Part shown: piece by piece, positions 1 through 9,623 of the stretch
Numbering within the stretch: the first letter of the stretch is position 1
Layout of the letters: every line of letters starts with the position of its first letter
Origin: Alphaproteobacteria bacterium
GTDB taxonomy: Bacteria; Pseudomonadota; Alphaproteobacteria; Rs-D84
Assembly (NCBI GenBank): GCA_017450905.1
Contig: JAFSST010000026.1
Location: 1-44,217, forward strand
Length of the DNA stretch: 44,217 nt
Direction: 5' to 3'
The notes under the pieces: model-generated
What the model was told of the DNA's origin: nothing
Database searches by the model: none
Seen by the model: the letters and a program-made list of their open reading frames with translations, nothing else
Program-made: the position numbers and the translations under genes

Positions 1-146
1 ATGTTTTTATGCCCTTGTGCATCAATTCTGCACATGATATGATTTCTGAAATCCGTAAGAGTAATTTGCTCAATCATAACGATTAACCACTTGTTTCTTG
101 TCCAGATTAAAAACTTTATCCCCTTTTTGCAAGGATAAAACGAACA

Positions 147-165
147 GGGTGGCGAAAAGCCACCC
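147..165. terminator. GC-rich hairpin just 3' of tRNA-Cys (likely its terminator)
   Basis: GGGTGGC-GAAAA-GCCACCC perfect 7-bp stem. It lies immediately downstream of the minus-strand tRNA-Cys, and T-rich sequence follows on both strands. Confidence 0.5.
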
Positions 166-175
166 CGTTTTAATT

Positions 176-249
176 TGGAGGCCTGGGTCGGAATCGAACC
201 GGCTTACAAGGATTTGCAGTCCTCTGCATAACCATTCTGCCACCAGGCC
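176..249 (-). tRNA. tRNA-Cys (anticodon GCA), CCA encoded
   Basis: The reverse complement reads GGCCTGG...CTGCAAA...GGTTCGATTCC...CCAGGCC-T-CCA. It has a 7-bp acceptor stem, a GCA anticodon in a 7-nt loop, a TTCGATT T-loop and a U discriminator as expected for Cys. There is one C.A mismatch in the T-stem. Confidence 0.88.
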
Positions 250-277
250 GTGTAGTCTAAATCCTAGCAAAAAAAAA

Positions 278-306
278 TTGTTTTTCAACAGAAAAAAATG
301 TATAAT
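278..306 (+). promoter_or_regulatory. Candidate sigma70 promoter for the efflux operon
   Basis: TTGTTT (278-283), 17-nt spacer, TATAAT (301-306), preceded by TG. Confidence 0.4.
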
Positions 307-331
307 TATCCCCGATAAAAGGCGAGAGAAT

Positions 332-1657
332 TTGAAAATCAAAAATATACCAATAATTATGGTGTTTATCCCATCAATTGCTTTTGCAGCGGATGATGAT
401 TGTATGTCACGCAAAAATGTCCCAAACACCGTTATGACGTTGCAACAGGTTGTTGAAATGGGATTGTGTCGAAATCCTGAAACTGCATCGGCGTATTATT
501 CGTTGGAATCGGCACGGTTAAACAAAAATGCCGGGTATGCAAGTTATTTGCCATCGGTTAATGCATCGGCATCGGTTGGTAAAAGTCATCAAAATGAACA
601 TTGGGGGGACGTGGCGTATGGTGCATCAATTTCTGCATCGTATTTGATTTTTGATTTTGGGAAACGATTGGCGGATTTAAATCAGTTGTCGGCTGCGTGG
701 CGTGCAACGGGTTTTGAATATAACGAACGTGTGCAAAATTATGTGTATGGCGTTATCGGGGCGTATTATGCGTTGTTGAACGCTGATGCCGATGTAATCA
801 GTGCAAAATCTTTACAGTCGGTCGCCCAAACCGCGTTAGATACCGCAAATAAAAAATTCAAGGCCGGGGTCGTTGCCAAGGCCGATGTATTAAAGGCCGA
901 AACCACATTGGCCAGTCGCAATCTGGATTTAGAGCGTGCAAAAAACAATCGTGAAATTGCCAAGGGAACATTGTTAACAAAATTGTCTTTCCCGGCCGAC
1001 CAGGAAATCACTATTGCCGATATGGCCGGCGATTTTGGCAGTGAACGCGAAAATAAAAGTATTGATGATTTAATTAAAATTGCCCGTGAAAAACGTCCGG
1101 ATTTATTGCGGGCAACCGCTAACAAGGATGCCGCGTGGCATCGCCGTAACAGTGCGTTTTTGAAAAACTTGCCCAGTATCAGTGCAACCGGAACATTGTC
1201 GTGGAATGATGACAGTGCGAACTTTTTCGGAACGGGTTCACAGCACATCGGGGGCAGTATTGGTATACGGGCATCAATGCCGTTGTTTGCCGGGTTCGCA
1301 AATATGTATGGTGTGCGTAGTGCTCAGGCAAATTACGACAGTGCCCAGGAACAATTACGTGGCACAAACAATGCGGCAATGTTGGATGTGTTCAGTGCAT
1401 ATCAAAACTATAAAACCGCACAAACCGTATTAACCCAGACCGAGGCTTTACTTAAATCTGCAACCGAGAGCGAAAAAGTTACCGCCGGTATGTACAAGGT
1501 TGGGCGTGCAACGATGTTGGATTGGCAAACGGCACAATCTGAATTGGTTTCCGCACAAAAACAAAATAATGCTGCGAAATACGACTTGTTTACCAAGCGT
1601 GCCGCGGTCGCATTGGCAATTGGTGATATTAAATCCGAAATAGAAAAGGAAAAATAA
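332..1657 (+). CDS. tolC: TolC-family outer membrane efflux protein
   Basis: The translation has typical TolC/OMF repeats (LQQVVEMGLCRNPE..., ...AKADVLKAETTLASRNLDLERAKNN..., second repeat ...AQANYDSAQEQLRG...). The ORF-track start at 98 overlaps tRNA-Cys, so it is too long. An in-frame TTG at 332 gives signal peptide MKIKNIPIIMVFIPSIAFAA, and ATG 359 is the alternative. The stop overlaps the next gene start (TAATG). Confidence 0.82.
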   Translation: MKIKNIPIIMVFIPSIAFAADDDCMSRKNVPNTVMTLQQVVEMGLCRNPETASAYYSLESARLNKNAGYASYLPSVNASASVGKSHQNEHWGDVAYGASISASYLIFDFGKRLADLNQLSAAWRATGFEYNERVQNYVYGVIGAYYALLNADADVISAKSLQSVAQTALDTANKKFKAGVVAKADVLKAETTLASRNLDLERAKNNREIAKGTLLTKLSFPADQEITIADMAGDFGSERENKSIDDLIKIAREKRPDLLRATANKDAAWHRRNSAFLKNLPSISATGTLSWNDDSANFFGTGSQHIGGSIGIRASMPLFAGFANMYGVRSAQANYDSAQEQLRGTNNAAMLDVFSAYQNYKTAQTVLTQTEALLKSATESEKVTAGMYKVGRATMLDWQTAQSELVSAQKQNNAAKYDLFTKRAAVALAIGDIKSEIEKEK

Positions 1658-2844
1658 TGGAAAAAAAGTCATGGTTTGGGCGTGTGATTGCCCGTATTTG
1701 GCGTCATAAATGGTTGTGGCTGTGTGGTGTAATCGTGGTTTTGGCGGGCGTGTTTTTATTCGGGTCTTCTTCAAAATCGGCCAGGGTTGAATATGTTACC
1801 GTAAACATAACGCGTGGAAATTTACGTCAGGTTGTAACCGCAACCGGTGAAATCAGTCCTGTAAACACCGTCAGCGTTGGTTCCCAGGTTTCCGGCACTA
1901 TCGAGGATATTTTTGTCGATTTTAATTCCCATGTTACCAAGGGGCAAAAACTGTTGAAAATAGAACCATCTGTTTTACAGGCATCAGTGAACGAGGCCGA
2001 GGCCGCATTAGATTCTGCTAAATCGCAATTAAAATTGTCCAAAAGTGATTATGAACGGAATAAAACGTTGTATGATTCTGGATATATAGCACGGGCGGAA
2101 ATGGAACAGTCCCAGGCAAACTATGAACAGGCAAAGCAATCCGTAAAACGTATGCAATCACAATATGATCGTGCCGTAACAAATTTGGGATACGCAACAA
2201 TTACATCCCCAGTCGAAGGAACGGTTATTTCACGCAAGGTGGACAAGGGTCAAACCGTTGCCGCATCGTTCCAAACGCCTGATTTGTTCGAAATTGCCGA
2301 AGATTTATCGAAAATGCAGATAGAAACGTCTGTATCCGAAGCGGACATTGGTGTAATCAAAGAAAAACAAAAGGTTACATTTACCGTTGATGCATATCCA
2401 ACAAAAACTTTTGATGGAACAGTTCGTCAAATCAGATTATCTCCAACAACAACGTCAAATGTTGTCGTTTATACGGTTGTCATAGATGTTGATAATACGG
2501 ATATGAGTTTAATGCCAGGAATGACCGCTTTCGTTACGATTTTGGTGTCCGAGGCCTTTAATGTATGGAAGGCACAAAATGCCGCATTCTTGGTCCGCAA
2601 TTTTAAAAATATAATTGAAAACACACCGGAAAATGTCGAGCCTGCAAATTATCTGGCTATTTTGCGTGATAACAAGGTTGTTTTTGTAAAATATGCCAAG
2701 GGTTTGGTAACCGCAACCGAAACCCAAATTGTTTCTGATGATATTGTTGCCGGTGATAAAATCATTGTTGGGCGTGTTGGTCAATCGACCAGTTCTGCCG
2801 CAACACAAAGTCGCCGTGGAAACAGACCTGGCGGACCAATGTAA
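1657..2844 (+). CDS. macA: HlyD/MacA-type periplasmic adaptor (membrane fusion protein)
   Basis: It has an N-terminal TM anchor, a lipoyl-like motif (VSVGSQVSGTIEDIFVDFNSHVTKGQKLLKIEP), a coiled-coil hairpin and a beta-barrel domain. It sits between the TolC and ABC genes. Confidence 0.85.
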   Translation: MEKKSWFGRVIARIWRHKWLWLCGVIVVLAGVFLFGSSSKSARVEYVTVNITRGNLRQVVTATGEISPVNTVSVGSQVSGTIEDIFVDFNSHVTKGQKLLKIEPSVLQASVNEAEAALDSAKSQLKLSKSDYERNKTLYDSGYIARAEMEQSQANYEQAKQSVKRMQSQYDRAVTNLGYATITSPVEGTVISRKVDKGQTVAASFQTPDLFEIAEDLSKMQIETSVSEADIGVIKEKQKVTFTVDAYPTKTFDGTVRQIRLSPTTTSNVVVYTVVIDVDNTDMSLMPGMTAFVTILVSEAFNVWKAQNAAFLVRNFKNIIENTPENVEPANYLAILRDNKVVFVKYAKGLVTATETQIVSDDIVAGDKIIVGRVGQSTSSAATQSRRGNRPGGPM

Positions 2845-2866
2845 TGAATAAACCTGGTGTGGTCTT

Positions 2867-3613
2867 ATGAAAAAAAACGAAAATATCATTTTGATGGACA
2901 AGATTTGTAAAAGTTTCCCATTAGAGGTTGGTGGTGTTCAACAGGTTTTGTTTGATATATCGTTCAAGGTTAATTCTGGGGAATTTGTGTCTATTATGGG
3001 ACCATCGGGGTCTGGTAAATCTACGTGTATGAATATCGTTGGTGCATTAGATACCCCGACATCTGGGACATACCAATTGTACGGTCGTGATATTACAAAT
3101 ATGACCGATGATGATTTGGCAAAAATCAGAAATGAATATATCGGATTTGTGTTTCAAAATTTTAATCTGTTATCAAAACGCAGTGTGTTGGATAATGTTA
3201 TGTTGCCGTTGATGTATCGCGGTATGTCGCCGTCTGAACGTGTGGAACGTGCACGTGATATGTTACGGCGTGTTGGGTTGGAAAAATTTGAAACATATTT
3301 ACCAACACAACTGTCGGGCGGTATGAAACAACGTGTGGCTATTGCACGTGCATTGGCGGGCGACCCTAAATTGATATTGGCGGACGAACCGACCGGTGCA
3401 TTGGACAGTAAAATGGGGAACGAGATATTAAAATTCTTTAAGCAATTAAATAAAGAAATGGGAATAACAATTGTTATGATTACCCATGAATTTGATATTG
3501 CAAAATACTCTGACCGTTTAATACACATATACGATGGACGTATAAATTATGATGGCCCGGTCCCTGAATCAGAATCCGCATTAACCAAAAAATTGCACAG
3601 GACAAACAAATGA
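2867..3613 (+). CDS. ABC transporter ATP-binding protein (MacB/LolD-type, COG1136-like)
   Basis: Walker [11 protein letters not shown]-loop, signature [15 protein letters not shown], Walker [14 protein letters not shown]-loop ITHE. Confidence 0.92.
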   Translation: MKKNENIILMDKICKSFPLEVGGVQQVLFDISFKVNSGEFVSIMGPSGSGKSTCMNIVGALDTPTSGTYQLYGRDITNMTDDDLAKIRNEYIGFVFQNFNLLSKRSVLDNVMLPLMYRGMSPSERVERARDMLRRVGLEKFETYLPTQLSGGMKQRVAIARALAGDPKLILADEPTGALDSKMGNEILKFFKQLNKEMGITIVMITHEFDIAKYSDRLIHIYDGRINYDGPVPESESALTKKLHRTNK

Positions 3614-4827
3614 CATTTAATGATATTTTAAAGGAATCTTGGTTATCCATTGGCGGGAATAAAATCCGGTCTTTTTTGACTGTCTTGGGAATTATCATTG
3701 GTGTTATGGCCGTTGTTATAATGGTTGCGGTTGGTGAAACGGTTCAAAAACAAATCACTGACCAGTTTTCTTCCCTGGGGACAAACACGATAATGATACG
3801 TGCTGGTGCGGCCCAATCATCGGGCGTGCGAATGGGGAATCGCCAAACATTGACCATCCAAGATGCGGAATTTATCGCAAAATTACCGGACGTTGCCGCG
3901 GTTTCACCGGTCCAGGCATCAGGTGCCCAGGTTATTTATGGCAATAAAAACTGGTCAACATCTATGACAGGGGTTTATCCTGATTATACAACCGTTCAAA
4001 ATATCGAAATAGAACACGGTGCGTTTTTTGATACGTCTGCGGTCAGAAATGCATCTACACACGCGGTAATCGGTCCCAAAACGGCATCAGAACTCGGAAT
4101 GCCATCAAATCCTGTGGGCGAAGTAATTCGTGTCCAGAACGTTCCTTTTGTTGTTGTTGGCGTTACCAAGGAACGCGGTGATTCCATGATGGGGTCCCAG
4201 GACGATATGGTTATCGTTCCAATAACCACACTTAAAAAGCGTGTCCAGGGCAGTCGATTTCCAAACTCGGTCAGTATGATTGCATTAAAATTATATCAAG
4301 ATGCCGATAATTCCGTGGTAATTGACCAAATTTCTGCTTTGTTGCGTGACAGACATAAACTGCGTGCTGGCGATGATGATGATTTTCAAATTATGGATAT
4401 GAAACAGATTATGGAAACAATGACAACTGTAACAGGGTATTTAAAGTTATTGTTGATTGCGATTGCGGCGGTATCGCTGTTGGTCGGTGCAATTGGAATT
4501 ATGAATATGATGTTGGTTTCGGTCGCCGAAAGAACACGTGAAATTGGTATACGCAAGGCCATCGGTGCACGCGAAACTCATATCATCACACAATTTTTGG
4601 CCGAATCTATAATGATATCATTTATTGGTTCAATGATAGGATTGGTTTTGGGGGTTGGTTTATCCCAGGGGATTGGTCGTTTTATTATGGGATATAACGT
4701 TCCGTTCAGTGCGTGGCCGGTTGTTTTATCAATATCGGTTGCGGTTATTGTTGGTTTAGCATCTGGTGTTATGCCGGCAATCAAGGCGGCAAAATTAAAT
4801 CCAATTGACAGTTTGCGATACGAATAA
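3610..4827 (+). CDS. ABC transporter permease, FtsX/MacB-type with large periplasmic domain
   Basis: The N-terminal TM (MacB_PCD-type start [26 protein letters not shown]) is followed by a periplasmic domain and a C-terminal FtsX-like 3-TM bundle ([14 protein letters not shown]). The start overlaps the ATPase stop (ATGA). Confidence 0.92.
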   Translation: MTFNDILKESWLSIGGNKIRSFLTVLGIIIGVMAVVIMVAVGETVQKQITDQFSSLGTNTIMIRAGAAQSSGVRMGNRQTLTIQDAEFIAKLPDVAAVSPVQASGAQVIYGNKNWSTSMTGVYPDYTTVQNIEIEHGAFFDTSAVRNASTHAVIGPKTASELGMPSNPVGEVIRVQNVPFVVVGVTKERGDSMMGSQDDMVIVPITTLKKRVQGSRFPNSVSMIALKLYQDADNSVVIDQISALLRDRHKLRAGDDDDFQIMDMKQIMETMTTVTGYLKLLLIAIAAVSLLVGAIGIMNMMLVSVAERTREIGIRKAIGARETHIITQFLAESIMISFIGSMIGLVLGVGLSQGIGRFIMGYNVPFSAWPVVLSISVAVIVGLASGVMPAIKAAKLNPIDSLRYE

Positions 4828-4831
4828 AAAC

Positions 4832-4857
4832 ACCCTGGTAAAAAACCAGGGTATTTA
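4832..4857. terminator. Bidirectional hairpin terminator between permease and pal
   Basis: ACCCTGGT-AAAAA-ACCAGGGT perfect 8-bp stem, flanked by an A-run and a T-rich tail. A second long-range stem (AAAACGCCCA...TGGGCGTTTT, about 4871-4932) follows, next to the pal stop. Confidence 0.75.
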
Positions 4858-4933
4858 AATGTTTTAACAAACAAAGAAAACGCCCAAACTCGGCCCCGAC
4901 ATAATGTCAGCGGGAAAGGATGGGCGTTTTTTA

Positions 4934-5353
4934 TTATTTAACAGTCGTTGTTGCGTTACGATTGAATTTCCAAACGTCTTCGCCGGTACCTTTGACCAAT
5001 GGGCGTTCTTTACCATAAGAAATGGTAGAGATACGTTTTGCATCGATACCTTCTTTAACAATAACTTGTTTTGCAGCGTTTGCACGGCGTGCACCCAATG
5101 CCAAGTTGTATTCGGTTGAACCGCGTTCGTCACAGTTACCTGCGATTTGAACCTTGACATCTTCGTTTGCCTTCATATACAACGCTTGACCCAACAGGTT
5201 GTCGCGTGCCGAATCAGAGATTTCAGCAGAATTGAACGCAAAGAATACGCGTTGATTGTTTAAATCTTCTGGTGCAGTGATGCTTGAAGAACCGCCACAG
5301 GCAGCCAACAAACCAGCAGTACCAGCCAATAAAGCAAAGTTTTTTATTTTCAT
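4934..5353 (-). CDS. pal: Peptidoglycan-associated lipoprotein Pal (OmpA C-terminal domain)
   Basis: Lipobox LLAACGG and the Pal core FAFNSAEI...IAGNCDERGSTEYNLALGARRANAAK...ISYGKERP. Confidence 0.9.
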   Translation of the reverse strand: MKIKNFALLAGTAGLLAACGGSSSITAPEDLNNQRVFFAFNSAEISDSARDNLLGQALYMKANEDVKVQIAGNCDERGSTEYNLALGARRANAAKQVIVKEGIDAKRISTISYGKERPLVKGTGEDVWKFNRNATTTVK

Positions 5354-5445
5354 GAAAATACTCCCTTGAGTTTCTGTTACTCATCGGCTAGTCTATAACA
5401 AAATTTACTAAAAAGCAAGCAAAACAGATTAAAAAGATTTAAATT

Positions 5446-6198
5446 ATGGAAAACCAATTGCAAGATTTAGCCCTGAGTGGCGTTAAATGGGAATTAAATG
5501 AAATGGCCTTTGGTCAGGTCCAGGCCGATATTGACAGTGGGGCATTTGTTCGTCCGACAGAACGCACACGTGTCAGTTCTTCGGTTGTTCCACCAATTGC
5601 ACCAGTTGTACCGGTTTCAATCGAAACAGCAAATGCGATGGCGGCACGACCATTGGGAACAGATGCACTGTTACGAATGATTTCTGAATTTAATCATCCA
5701 TTACGTGCGGGTGGAACAAATGTCGTTTTGCCAAACGTTCCACAAAATCCAAACGGATTATTTGTAATAACCGATATCCCGTCCAACGAAGATGATGCCT
5801 GTGGCCGTATATTGACTGGAAAAACCGGCGATTTATTCGATAAAATGTTGGCCGCCATCGGAACAAGTCGTGATAATGTCGCCATATCTCCATTGATTTT
5901 TTGGCGAACACCGGGTGGACGAACCCCAACCAAAAACGAATTGGATTTATCGCGTCCGTTTCTTAATCGTATGATTCAATTATTGGAACCTAAAATAATA
6001 CTTACGTTGGGGACTTTGGCCGCGGCCCAGGTTGCCAATGTTGATTTGATGAAGCATCATGGTGAAATGGTTGTTTTGGATAACGATATTCGTGTTTTTC
6101 CAATTTATCATCCAAATTATATGATATTAAAACCAAACGCAAAACAGCCCGTATGGACGGTATTGCAAAATGTGCAAAATTTGTTGAAAAACGTCTAG
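5446..6198 (+). CDS. Uracil-DNA glycosylase superfamily protein (family-4-like, divergent)
   Basis: The C-terminal about 150 aa align with the family-4 UDG core (...NEDDACGRILTGKTGDLFDKML..., ...IYHPNYMIL...). Motif A is TDIPS rather than GE[AG]PG, and only one Cys is present. Confidence 0.65.
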   Translation: MENQLQDLALSGVKWELNEMAFGQVQADIDSGAFVRPTERTRVSSSVVPPIAPVVPVSIETANAMAARPLGTDALLRMISEFNHPLRAGGTNVVLPNVPQNPNGLFVITDIPSNEDDACGRILTGKTGDLFDKMLAAIGTSRDNVAISPLIFWRTPGGRTPTKNELDLSRPFLNRMIQLLEPKIILTLGTLAAAQVANVDLMKHHGEMVVLDNDIRVFPIYHPNYMILKPNAKQPVWTVLQNVQNLLKNV

Positions 6199-6240
6199 AA
6201 ATGTTTAATACTTTACCCATACAGTTAAAAGGAGTATACA

Positions 6241-6798
6241 ATTAAACCTGGAAATAACCGTGATAATCGCCGGGATAACGGTCCCCGCACAAATAATCGG
6301 ATTTTGGCTAAATCGGTCCAAGTAATAAATTTTGATGGTCAAAATTTGGGTGTTATGCCCACGCCCCAGGCGTTACAGATGGCATCTGATGCCGGATTGG
6401 ACGTGGTTGAATTAAACGCAAATTCTGTTCCGCCGGTCGTAAAAATAATGGATTTCGGAAAATATAAATACGAACAGAAAAAACGTGCCAACGAAGCCAA
6501 GAAAAAACAAAAAACAACCGAAATGAAAGAGGTTTGGATAAAACCTTTTATTGAAGAAAATGATTTGCAAATAAAGCTACGCAAAGTATTTGAATTTTTG
6601 GAAAATGGTGACAAGGTTAAAATTTCTATTATGACCACGGGGCCAAAACGTGTTTTGGCAATGGGTCGTGATGCTATTCCGGGATTGTTCGCACATGTGG
6701 TTGAATTGATTGGCGAACGTGGCACATTGGAAAGTCGTTCTAAACCAGATGAACGGACTAAATCAATTGTGATTGCACCGGCAAAGGCAACGAAATAA
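6241..6798 (+). CDS. infC: Translation initiation factor IF-3, ATT start
   Basis: IF-3 N and C domains are present (VQVINFDGQNLGVMPTPQALQMA..., VKIMDFGKYKYEQKK, ...GDKVKISIMTTG...). The frame is open from 6229 (stop at 6226-6228). AAGGAG lies at 6229-6234, 6 nt before an in-frame ATT at 6241. The ORF-track TTG at 6304 would delete the conserved N-terminus. Confidence 0.88.
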   Translation: MKPGNNRDNRRDNGPRTNNRILAKSVQVINFDGQNLGVMPTPQALQMASDAGLDVVELNANSVPPVVKIMDFGKYKYEQKKRANEAKKKQKTTEMKEVWIKPFIEENDLQIKLRKVFEFLENGDKVKISIMTTGPKRVLAMGRDAIPGLFAHVVELIGERGTLESRSKPDERTKSIVIAPAKATK

Positions 6799-6801
6799 AA
6801 A

Positions 6802-6823
6802 ACACCCGTCTGGGTGTTTTTTT
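6802..6823 (+). terminator. Rho-independent terminator after infC
   Basis: ACACCC-GTCT-GGGTGT followed by T7. Confidence 0.8.
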
Positions 6824-6878
6824 GTGGATTATTGAATTTTAATTTTGTATCTTTTGTGTGCTAACAAAGGTTGATATT

Positions 6879-7082
6879 ATGGATACAGAAAAATTGTCTT
6901 TTGAAGAGGCATACAAGCAATTAAGCGAATTGGTTAAAAAAATGGAATCGGGCGAATTGCCACTGGCGGATTCGGTTGCCGCATACGAACAGGGTATTAA
7001 ATTAAAGGCCTATTGCGAACAGTTGTTAAAAGAGGCCGAATTGAAAATCGAAACGTTAAAAATCTCAACTAATAAAGATTAA
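6879..7082 (+). CDS. xseB: Exodeoxyribonuclease VII small subunit
   Basis: The 67-aa protein MDTEKLSFEEAYKQLSELVKKMESGELPLADSVAAYEQGIKLKAYCEQLL matches the XseB helical-hairpin signature. The ATG at 6879 is preferred over the GTG at 6858. Confidence 0.85.
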   Translation: MDTEKLSFEEAYKQLSELVKKMESGELPLADSVAAYEQGIKLKAYCEQLLKEAELKIETLKISTNKD

Positions 7083-7092
7083 TGGTGTCGTT

Positions 7093-9612
7093 GTGGCGGA
7101 AAAAAGTAAATTAACCCCGGTAATGCAACAATATGTGGATTTCAAGGCTGAAAATCCTGATGCGTTGTTGATGTTTCGTTTGGGGGATTTTTATGAATCT
7201 TTTTTTGACGATGCAAAAACTATTAGTTCCAGGTTGGGTTTGGTTTTAACATCTCGTGGAACGGATGGTGATGGTGCGGATATTCCTATGTGCGGGATTC
7301 CGTGGCATGCGGCGGATAATTATTTTGGTCGTCTGGTTCGTGCCGGGTTCAAGGTTGCCTTGGTCGAACAAATGGAAACCCCTGCCCAGGCCAAAGAACG
7401 CGGTCATAAATTTATTGAACGAAAAATCACACGCGTGTTGACCCCGGGAACATTGACAGATGAAAATTTATTGTCGCCCAAAAGTTCTAATTTCTTGGTC
7501 GCGATTATGCCAAATGGCGAAGCGTTTGATGTGGCGGGTTGTGATATTTCAACGGGTGAATTTTTTGTTGGGAAAACCGATGATATTATCGATGATATGG
7601 TTCGTGTAAATCCGGCGGAAATAATTTATCCATCAATGGATGCCGAAAACGAAACAATTTTACACATACGCGATATGTTCAAATCAACACCTGTTTTTGA
7701 AAAAATCTATCGCCGCAGTGATATTGATACGATTGTTTCGTGTGTGTTTTCGGGCGATGTTAAAAATTCAGAATCAATAACAAATTCGGCTGTTGGTTTG
7801 TTGGCGGGGTATTTGTTTAACACCCAACGTGGTGCCGCATTAACGTTTCGTGCACCGTATGAATTCAAATCTGGAACGCAATTATTGATTGATTCAGCCA
7901 CGTGGAAAAGTTTGGAAATAGATGCACCGATAAATGATGGTGGGCGGTGTTTGTTGGATGTTTTGGATAATACTAAAACGGCGGCTGGTGGTCGTAAATT
8001 GCGTTCGTATTTGCGGACATTATCGGGCGATGTTTCGGAAATACACAATCGCCAAGAACATATCAATCATTTGTTGTTAAATTCTGATATTTGCGGAATG
8101 GTTGGGGTGGCACTGGGGCGTGTGCCGGATGTAGGACGCAGTTTGGCACGTTTATTGGCGGGACGCGGAACACCGCGTGATATGCGGTATATTACGAATT
8201 TTATTATCGAATTACCAAACATAAAACTTATCGCATCAAAATTGGATAACACACTTGCGACCAGGTTTGACGCGATAAAAACTTTTGATGAATTGGCGAT
8301 GACCTTGAATGCGGCATTGGTCGATGATTTGCCGACATTTTTCCGTGATGGTTCGGTTATTCGCGATGGTTTTGATATCAGTTTGGATGAAATGCGAAAA
8401 TTATCGCATGGTGCAAAAGAGGCCGTTGCCGCGATGCAGGCCGAATATGCAAACCAGACCGGTATTCATAATTTGAAAATCAAATACAATAATGTTTTGG
8501 GTTATTTTATCGAGGTTCAATCAACCAAGGCCGATGCGTTAATGCAACCAGAATCTGGGTTTATACATCGTCAAACAATGGCCGGTAATATGCGGTTCAC
8601 AACAACACGCTTGATTGAATTGGACAATGATATTCGCAGTGCTTCGGACAAGGCCGCCGCAATCGAGGCAACTATTATAGAGGCATTGATTGGGCGTATA
8701 CGTGATATTTCTGGGGATTTGTTGTCGGCGGCGGATTGTTTGGCGGATTTAGATGTGTGGTATTCGTTGGCCGTGTGTGCAGAAATGTGGAATTGGGTGC
8801 GTCCAAAAATTACATCTGATGCCGCGTTTGATATTGTTGGTGGTCGCCATCCGGTTATAGAATCGGTATTGCGTGAACACGGTGGTAATTTTGTTAAAAA
8901 CGATTGTAATTTGGACAAAACATCGGTTGCGTTATTGACTGGGCCGAATATGGCGGGAAAATCAACGTATCTGCGTCAAAATGCGATTTTGGTCGTGTTG
9001 GCACACATGGGGTCTTTTGTTCCGGCTGATTCGGCAACCATCGGGATTTGCGACCAGTTATTCAGCCGCGTTGGTGCATCGGATAATTTGGCGGCGGGTC
9101 AATCAACGTTTATGGTGGAAATGAGTGAAACTGCCAATATATTGCGGCGTGCAACCGGACGTTCGTTTATTATTTTTGATGAAATTGGTCGTGGAACGGC
9201 AACGTATGACGGTATGGCAATTGCCCAGGCGGTTTTAGAGCATTTGGATGGATTATCGGCACGAACATTGTTTGCAACGCATTATCATGAATTGACGTGC
9301 TTGGTTGGGGATGGTCCCGAAAAATTAAATAATGTTTCGTGTTTAACCATTGATGTTCGCGAACACAATAATGAAATCGTCTTTATGCATCGGATTGTTT
9401 CGGGTGTTGCGAATCGTTCGTATGGAATACATGTTGCAAAAATGGCTGGGATGCCTGAATCTGTTGTTAAACGTGCTGAATCAGTATTGGTTGGATTAGA
9501 AGGTTGCCGTGTTTCTGATGCGAATAAAACAACATCGCAACCCGATACACCAAGGGTTGCACAACGTGTTGAATCGCCAAGTCGGGGTCAATTATCATTG
9601 TTTGGGGATTGA
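7093..9612 (+). CDS. mutS: DNA mismatch repair protein MutS
   Basis: N-terminal TPVMQQYVDFK...LMFRLGDFYESFFDDA mismatch-binding motif, Walker A GPNMAGKST, STFMVEMSE and DEIGRGT motifs. GTG start. Confidence 0.97.
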   Translation: MAEKSKLTPVMQQYVDFKAENPDALLMFRLGDFYESFFDDAKTISSRLGLVLTSRGTDGDGADIPMCGIPWHAADNYFGRLVRAGFKVALVEQMETPAQAKERGHKFIERKITRVLTPGTLTDENLLSPKSSNFLVAIMPNGEAFDVAGCDISTGEFFVGKTDDIIDDMVRVNPAEIIYPSMDAENETILHIRDMFKSTPVFEKIYRRSDIDTIVSCVFSGDVKNSESITNSAVGLLAGYLFNTQRGAALTFRAPYEFKSGTQLLIDSATWKSLEIDAPINDGGRCLLDVLDNTKTAAGGRKLRSYLRTLSGDVSEIHNRQEHINHLLLNSDICGMVGVALGRVPDVGRSLARLLAGRGTPRDMRYITNFIIELPNIKLIASKLDNTLATRFDAIKTFDELAMTLNAALVDDLPTFFRDGSVIRDGFDISLDEMRKLSHGAKEAVAAMQAEYANQTGIHNLKIKYNNVLGYFIEVQSTKADALMQPESGFIHRQTMAGNMRFTTTRLIELDNDIRSASDKAAAIEATIIEALIGRIRDISGDLLSAADCLADLDVWYSLAVCAEMWNWVRPKITSDAAFDIVGGRHPVIESVLREHGGNFVKNDCNLDKTSVALLTGPNMAGKSTYLRQNAILVVLAHMGSFVPADSATIGICDQLFSRVGASDNLAAGQSTFMVEMSETANILRRATGRSFIIFDEIGRGTATYDGMAIAQAVLEHLDGLSARTLFATHYHELTCLVGDGPEKLNNVSCLTIDVREHNNEIVFMHRIVSGVANRSYGIHVAKMAGMPESVVKRAESVLVGLEGCRVSDANKTTSQPDTPRVAQRVESPSRGQLSLFGD

Positions 9613-9623
9613 TGGGGGAAAAA

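Noticed and set aside
98-331. The 5' extension of the TolC ORF in the six-frame track (start at 98).
   Set aside because: It runs straight through the minus-strand tRNA-Cys (176-249) and its terminator, and it translates to low-complexity sequence. The TolC-like sequence and a plausible signal peptide begin only at TTG 332 or ATG 359.
766-1248. Long antisense or out-of-frame ORFs inside well-supported genes. Examples are 766-1248(-), 6339-6725(-), 11387-11833(-), 16792-17283(+), 17583-18191(+), 23049-23616(-), 27051-27476(+), 28518-28880(+), 38587-39000(+), 39111-39560(+), 41183-41596(+), 42956-43372(+).
   Set aside because: Each is fully embedded in a gene with strong family signatures on the other strand or frame. 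They lack SD sequences and translate to compositionally odd (Ser/Arg/Cys/Pro-rich) sequence, so they are shadow ORFs.
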